Of a stretch of 64,000 nucleotides of DNA, positions 60,673-64,000 are shown piece by piece; within the stretch, counting starts at the first letter, position 1; each line of letters opens with the position of its first letter. The notes beneath the pieces are model-generated. The model searched no databases. It was not told the DNA's origin and saw only the letters and a list, made by a program, of their open reading frames with translations. The position numbers and the translations under genes were made by a program. The DNA comes from an uncultured Nitrososphaerota archaeon (GTDB lineage Archaea > Thermoproteota > Nitrososphaeria > Nitrososphaerales > Nitrosopumilaceae), in contig CAVRLU010000009.1 of the NCBI GenBank assembly GCA_963722115.1, forward strand, positions 29,457 to 93,456, written 5' to 3'.

Positions 60673-62587
60673 ATGTCTTCTATTGATCTAACTTGGGTTA
60701 TTGGCGGACCTCAAGGTGGAGGTGTCGAAACAGCTGCAAATATTTTTGCTGGCGCATGTGCAGGTTGTGGTCTGAAAGTATTTGGAAAAAGAGAATATTA
60801 TTCTAATATCAAAGGTGAGCACAGTTACTTTGGAGTACGTGTCTCTGACAAGACAATCAGATCAAATGTTAGCGGAATTACAATGCTAGTAGGATTTGAT
60901 GCTGAGACCTTATTTCGACATGCAGATGCGGTGTTTGATGATGGTGCGATAGTATATGAATCTGATTTATCTGCGATGCAAATCGACGAAGTTCATACGC
61001 TTGATGCACAATTCAAGGAACGTCTCAAAAAATATCTTTTATCAAAAAATAAACCATTAACCATTCAAGGATCACTTGATGCAGCCAAAGAGAGGGGAGT
61101 TACACTATATCCTGTGTCATTCAAAGAAATCTTGGCTAATTTATCTGATGAGACACAAAATCCAAAAATACGTGGAATGTTTCGTATGCAGAATGTCCTT
61201 GCTGTTTCTATATCTATTGGATTATTGGGACTCCAGCCTGAAACCTTGATGAAATCTGTAGGATCAATATTTTCCAGAAAAGCAGAGATTGCAGAGATGA
61301 ATAAAACTGCAGCAAATTATGCTTATAATTTTTCTACAGTAAAGTATTCTAAATTCAAATATCAATTATCTCCAATTCCAAAAGAAGAACATACGATGTT
61401 AGCTCAAGGCTTTCAATCTACAAGTCTTGGAAAGATAGCATGTGGTTGTAGGTTTCAATCATACTATCCAATTACACCCGCATCGGATGAAAGTGTATTT
61501 TTAGAATCAAATGAAATTTTTGAAGTTGAAAACAACAGACCAGGATCTACACTAGTTGTACAAACAGAAGATGAAATATCTGCAATAGGAATGATTATTG
61601 GTGCATCCTTGACAGGAGCTGAGATCTTCAACAAGTACTTCAGGTCCAGGTTTCTCTCTTATGGCAGAAGCTCTTGGTTGGGCTGGAATAAACGAAGTTC
61701 CAATTGTAGTAACTTTATACCAGAGAAGTGGTCCTTCTACAGGTCTCCCTACTAGACATGGACAAGATGATTTACAATTTGCAATTCATGCTGGACATGG
61801 TGATTTTCCACGAATTGTATATGCATCGGGTGATACTGAAGAGGGATTTTACGATACTGCAAAATGTTTCAACTTTGCTGACATTTATCAAATTCCTGTA
61901 ATACACATGATGGACAAATTCATTGCAAGTACAGTTTCCACCGTAAAAAGATTTGATCCAACCAAGATAACGATAGAACGTGGAAAACTTCTTAAAAAAA
62001 TTGAAGATCCAGGATATAAAAGATTCACACCGTCACCAGATGGTATATCTCCAAGATCAAGACTTGGACTTGAAAATGGAATATTTTGGAATACCGGCGA
62101 TGAAAGTGATGAATCAGGTCACATATCCGAAGATCCAGAAAATCGTATTTATAAAATGGACAAGCGTGAGCATAAAATGGAACTCGCACTAGACCAAATT
62201 CCTAAGGAAGACCAGGCAATAAACTATGGAGTATCTGATTTTTGTATTCTTAGCTGGGGTTCAACAAAAGGGCCCATCTTAGATGCTATTGAAATGCTCA
62301 ATAAAGCAGGCTATAAGGTTGGGTTTATTCAAATCAAAATGCTACATCCGTTTCCAACCAAATATGTCCAGTCCTTACTCTCGGGAGTTAAAAAAATAAT
62401 TGATATCGAAGCAAATCAATCTGGGCAAATGGGTTCATTACTTAATGAATATTTGGATAGGAAAGTTGACTATTACATATTAAAATACACAGGAAGACCA
62501 ATGACTTGTAATGAACTCTTTGATTCTATCAAGAAAATTATCGACAATAAAGCCGAGAAAAAACAGGTGTTAAGATATGGTGTCTAA
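60673..62587 (+). CDS. korA: 2-oxoacid:ferredoxin oxidoreductase alpha(/gamma) subunit, broken by one extra base at ~61621
   Basis: GGPQGGGV, YPITPAS, EDEISA, QRSGPSTGLPT; joins as LTGARSSTSTSGPGFSLMAE; span = 3n+1. Confidence 0.92.
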
Positions 62588-63542
62588 TGTATCTGATTAC
62601 AAAACTGAAGTACACAATGACTGGTGTCCAGGATGTGGAGATTTTGGAATAGTTAGTGCAATTCAAATGGCCCTTGCAGAAATGGAAATTCCACGACATA
62701 AAGCTGCAATATTTTCTGGAGTAGGATGTTCTGGAAAAACATCTCATTATCTTAATGTATATGGCGTTCACACTTTGCACGGTAGAGTACTTCCATTTTC
62801 ACAAGGTGCAAAACTTGCAAATCCTGAGATGACTGTTGTAGCAGTAGGTGGAGACGGAGATGGATTGGGAATTGGGGCTGGACATTTTGTTGCAGCTGGC
62901 AGAAGAAATGTGGATATGACTTATCTTATATTTAACAATGGAGTATATGGTCTTACCAAAGGACAAGCATCTCCTACACTCAAGCTTGGATTGAAAACCA
63001 AATCTCTTCCTGAACCCAATGTCAATCAATCAGTAAATCCAATCGCATTAGTTATTGCAAGTGGCTTTACATTTGTTGCAAGAGGTTATGCATATGATGT
63101 AAGACAGCTTAAGGATTTGATAATTGCAGCAGTAAAACATAGGGGTCTTTCATTTCTTGATGTATTGCAACCGTGTCCAACTTACAATGATATCAATACC
63201 AGAGATTGGTTCTCAGGAATGGATAACATCGACGAAATGACAAATAGACCAAGACCCAGAATCTACAAGCTTGAGGATATAGGCTATGATCCAGTTGTAC
63301 ATATAGACTCACCAGCAGAAGAAAATGAAAAACTAACTCAGGCCTTGATAAAGTCTAACGAGTGGGACTCAAAGATCCCGACCGGAATATTTTACAAAAA
63401 TGATATTGTTGCATCCTATGATGAAAGAATGTCAGAACGAATTCCAAACTATCTTGAAAACCCTCCAGCATATCAAGAAATTTCTGCTGATGGAAAGTCA
63501 ATAACTGACATATCTAAAATGCTTGATAAACTAGAAATCTGA
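62577..63542 (+). CDS. korB: 2-oxoacid:ferredoxin oxidoreductase beta subunit
   Basis: WCPGCG, GVGCSG, HGR, GGDGD, NNGVYGLTKGQ, QPCPTYN. Confidence 0.94.
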   Translation: MVSNVSDYKTEVHNDWCPGCGDFGIVSAIQMALAEMEIPRHKAAIFSGVGCSGKTSHYLNVYGVHTLHGRVLPFSQGAKLANPEMTVVAVGGDGDGLGIGAGHFVAAGRRNVDMTYLIFNNGVYGLTKGQASPTLKLGLKTKSLPEPNVNQSVNPIALVIASGFTFVARGYAYDVRQLKDLIIAAVKHRGLSFLDVLQPCPTYNDINTRDWFSGMDNIDEMTNRPRPRIYKLEDIGYDPVVHIDSPAEENEKLTQALIKSNEWDSKIPTGIFYKNDIVASYDERMSERIPNYLENPPAYQEISADGKSITDISKMLDKLEI

Positions 63543-63635
63543 TTGATAATTTTAGAATCCTCAGGAAACAAGTGGATGATCGTTTCCGATAATGATATAA
63601 GTTATTAGCATCTTCGTAAAAAGAGTAATTCTACG

Positions 63636-64000
63636 TTGAATCTGGAAGAAGTAAACAAGATATTTCGCAAATCTATAATTGATGGATATTTCGAACCAAA
63701 CCTTGTAAAACTTGATTTTAAAAAATCAAACGTAAAACATCCCACAATTAGAGATGACGGACTGATGCAAACTAATTTACTACATCTTTTCTTTGATATT
63801 GATACAGGTTCTGATTATCCTGATGGTGATGAGTGGTTTATGGCAGAATTTCTTTTTCCATATAGCATAAAGATTCCTGATAAACTCAAAGGTCCTGATT
63901 ATTTTAGTACTGTATCAATAGGAGAGGGGAAAAATTTTTGGAGACATAGAGAACTTATCAGATACAAGTATGGAAAATCAAAGAAACTAGAAGAATCACT
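63636..64000 (+). CDS. Hypothetical protein, truncated by the window edge
   Basis: Open frame from TTG 63636 (LNLEEVNKIFRKSII...DYPDGDEWFMAEF...) with no stop before 64000. Confidence 0.7.
   Translation, partial: MNLEEVNKIFRKSIIDGYFEPNLVKLDFKKSNVKHPTIRDDGLMQTNLLHLFFDIDTGSDYPDGDEWFMAEFLFPYSIKIPDKLKGPDYFSTVSIGEGKNFWRHRELIRYKYGKSKKLEES

Noticed and set aside
22382-61621. Pseudogenisation or programmed ribosomal frameshifting in the eight split genes
   Set aside because: Several genes are essential and show no other decay. There is no shared slippery heptamer or stimulatory structure; the only shared feature is a strand-symmetric AGCT context, which fits a DNA-level sequencing artefact.
3721-63029. 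Many 60-143 aa ORFs antisense to or nested in confident genes (e.g. 3721-4011, 16300-16683, 35952-36314, 56438-56869)
   Set aside because: Shadow frames of well-supported genes with no motifs of their own.

Overview
AT-rich archaeal chromosomal window from an ammonia-oxidising thaumarchaeon (Nitrososphaerota; Nitrosotalea/Nitrosopumilales-like, inferred from PEFG-CTERM proteins, an unsplit RNA polymerase A subunit and gene order). It is mostly core genome: RNA polymerase and ribosomal protein clusters, leuS/alaS, secY/secE/ftsY, pckA, sod, argF and a 2-oxoacid:ferredoxin oxidoreductase. It also carries an S-layer-like protein, a larBCE+iscS nickel-pincer cofactor cluster with no larA in the window, a GDGT-ring-synthase-like radical SAM gene, a tandem array of five PEFG-CTERM surface proteins, an arsenic cluster (arsC x2, arsM, aquaporin, HxlR regulator) and two intron-containing tRNAs. 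Main observations: (1) all eight frameshifted genes, several of them essential, are restored by deleting one base inside or just after an AGCT tetramer. This points to a motif-specific sequencing artefact that probably reports DNA methylation at AGCT. (2) The five divergent PEFG-CTERM genes end in a 104-bp block that is 100% identical at nucleotide level, suggesting gene conversion or cassette shuffling. (3) An unannotated 46-aa, 8-Cys protein ending in Gly-Gly lies upstream of the oxidoreductase operon. All family assignments come from reading motifs by eye; no database search was run.
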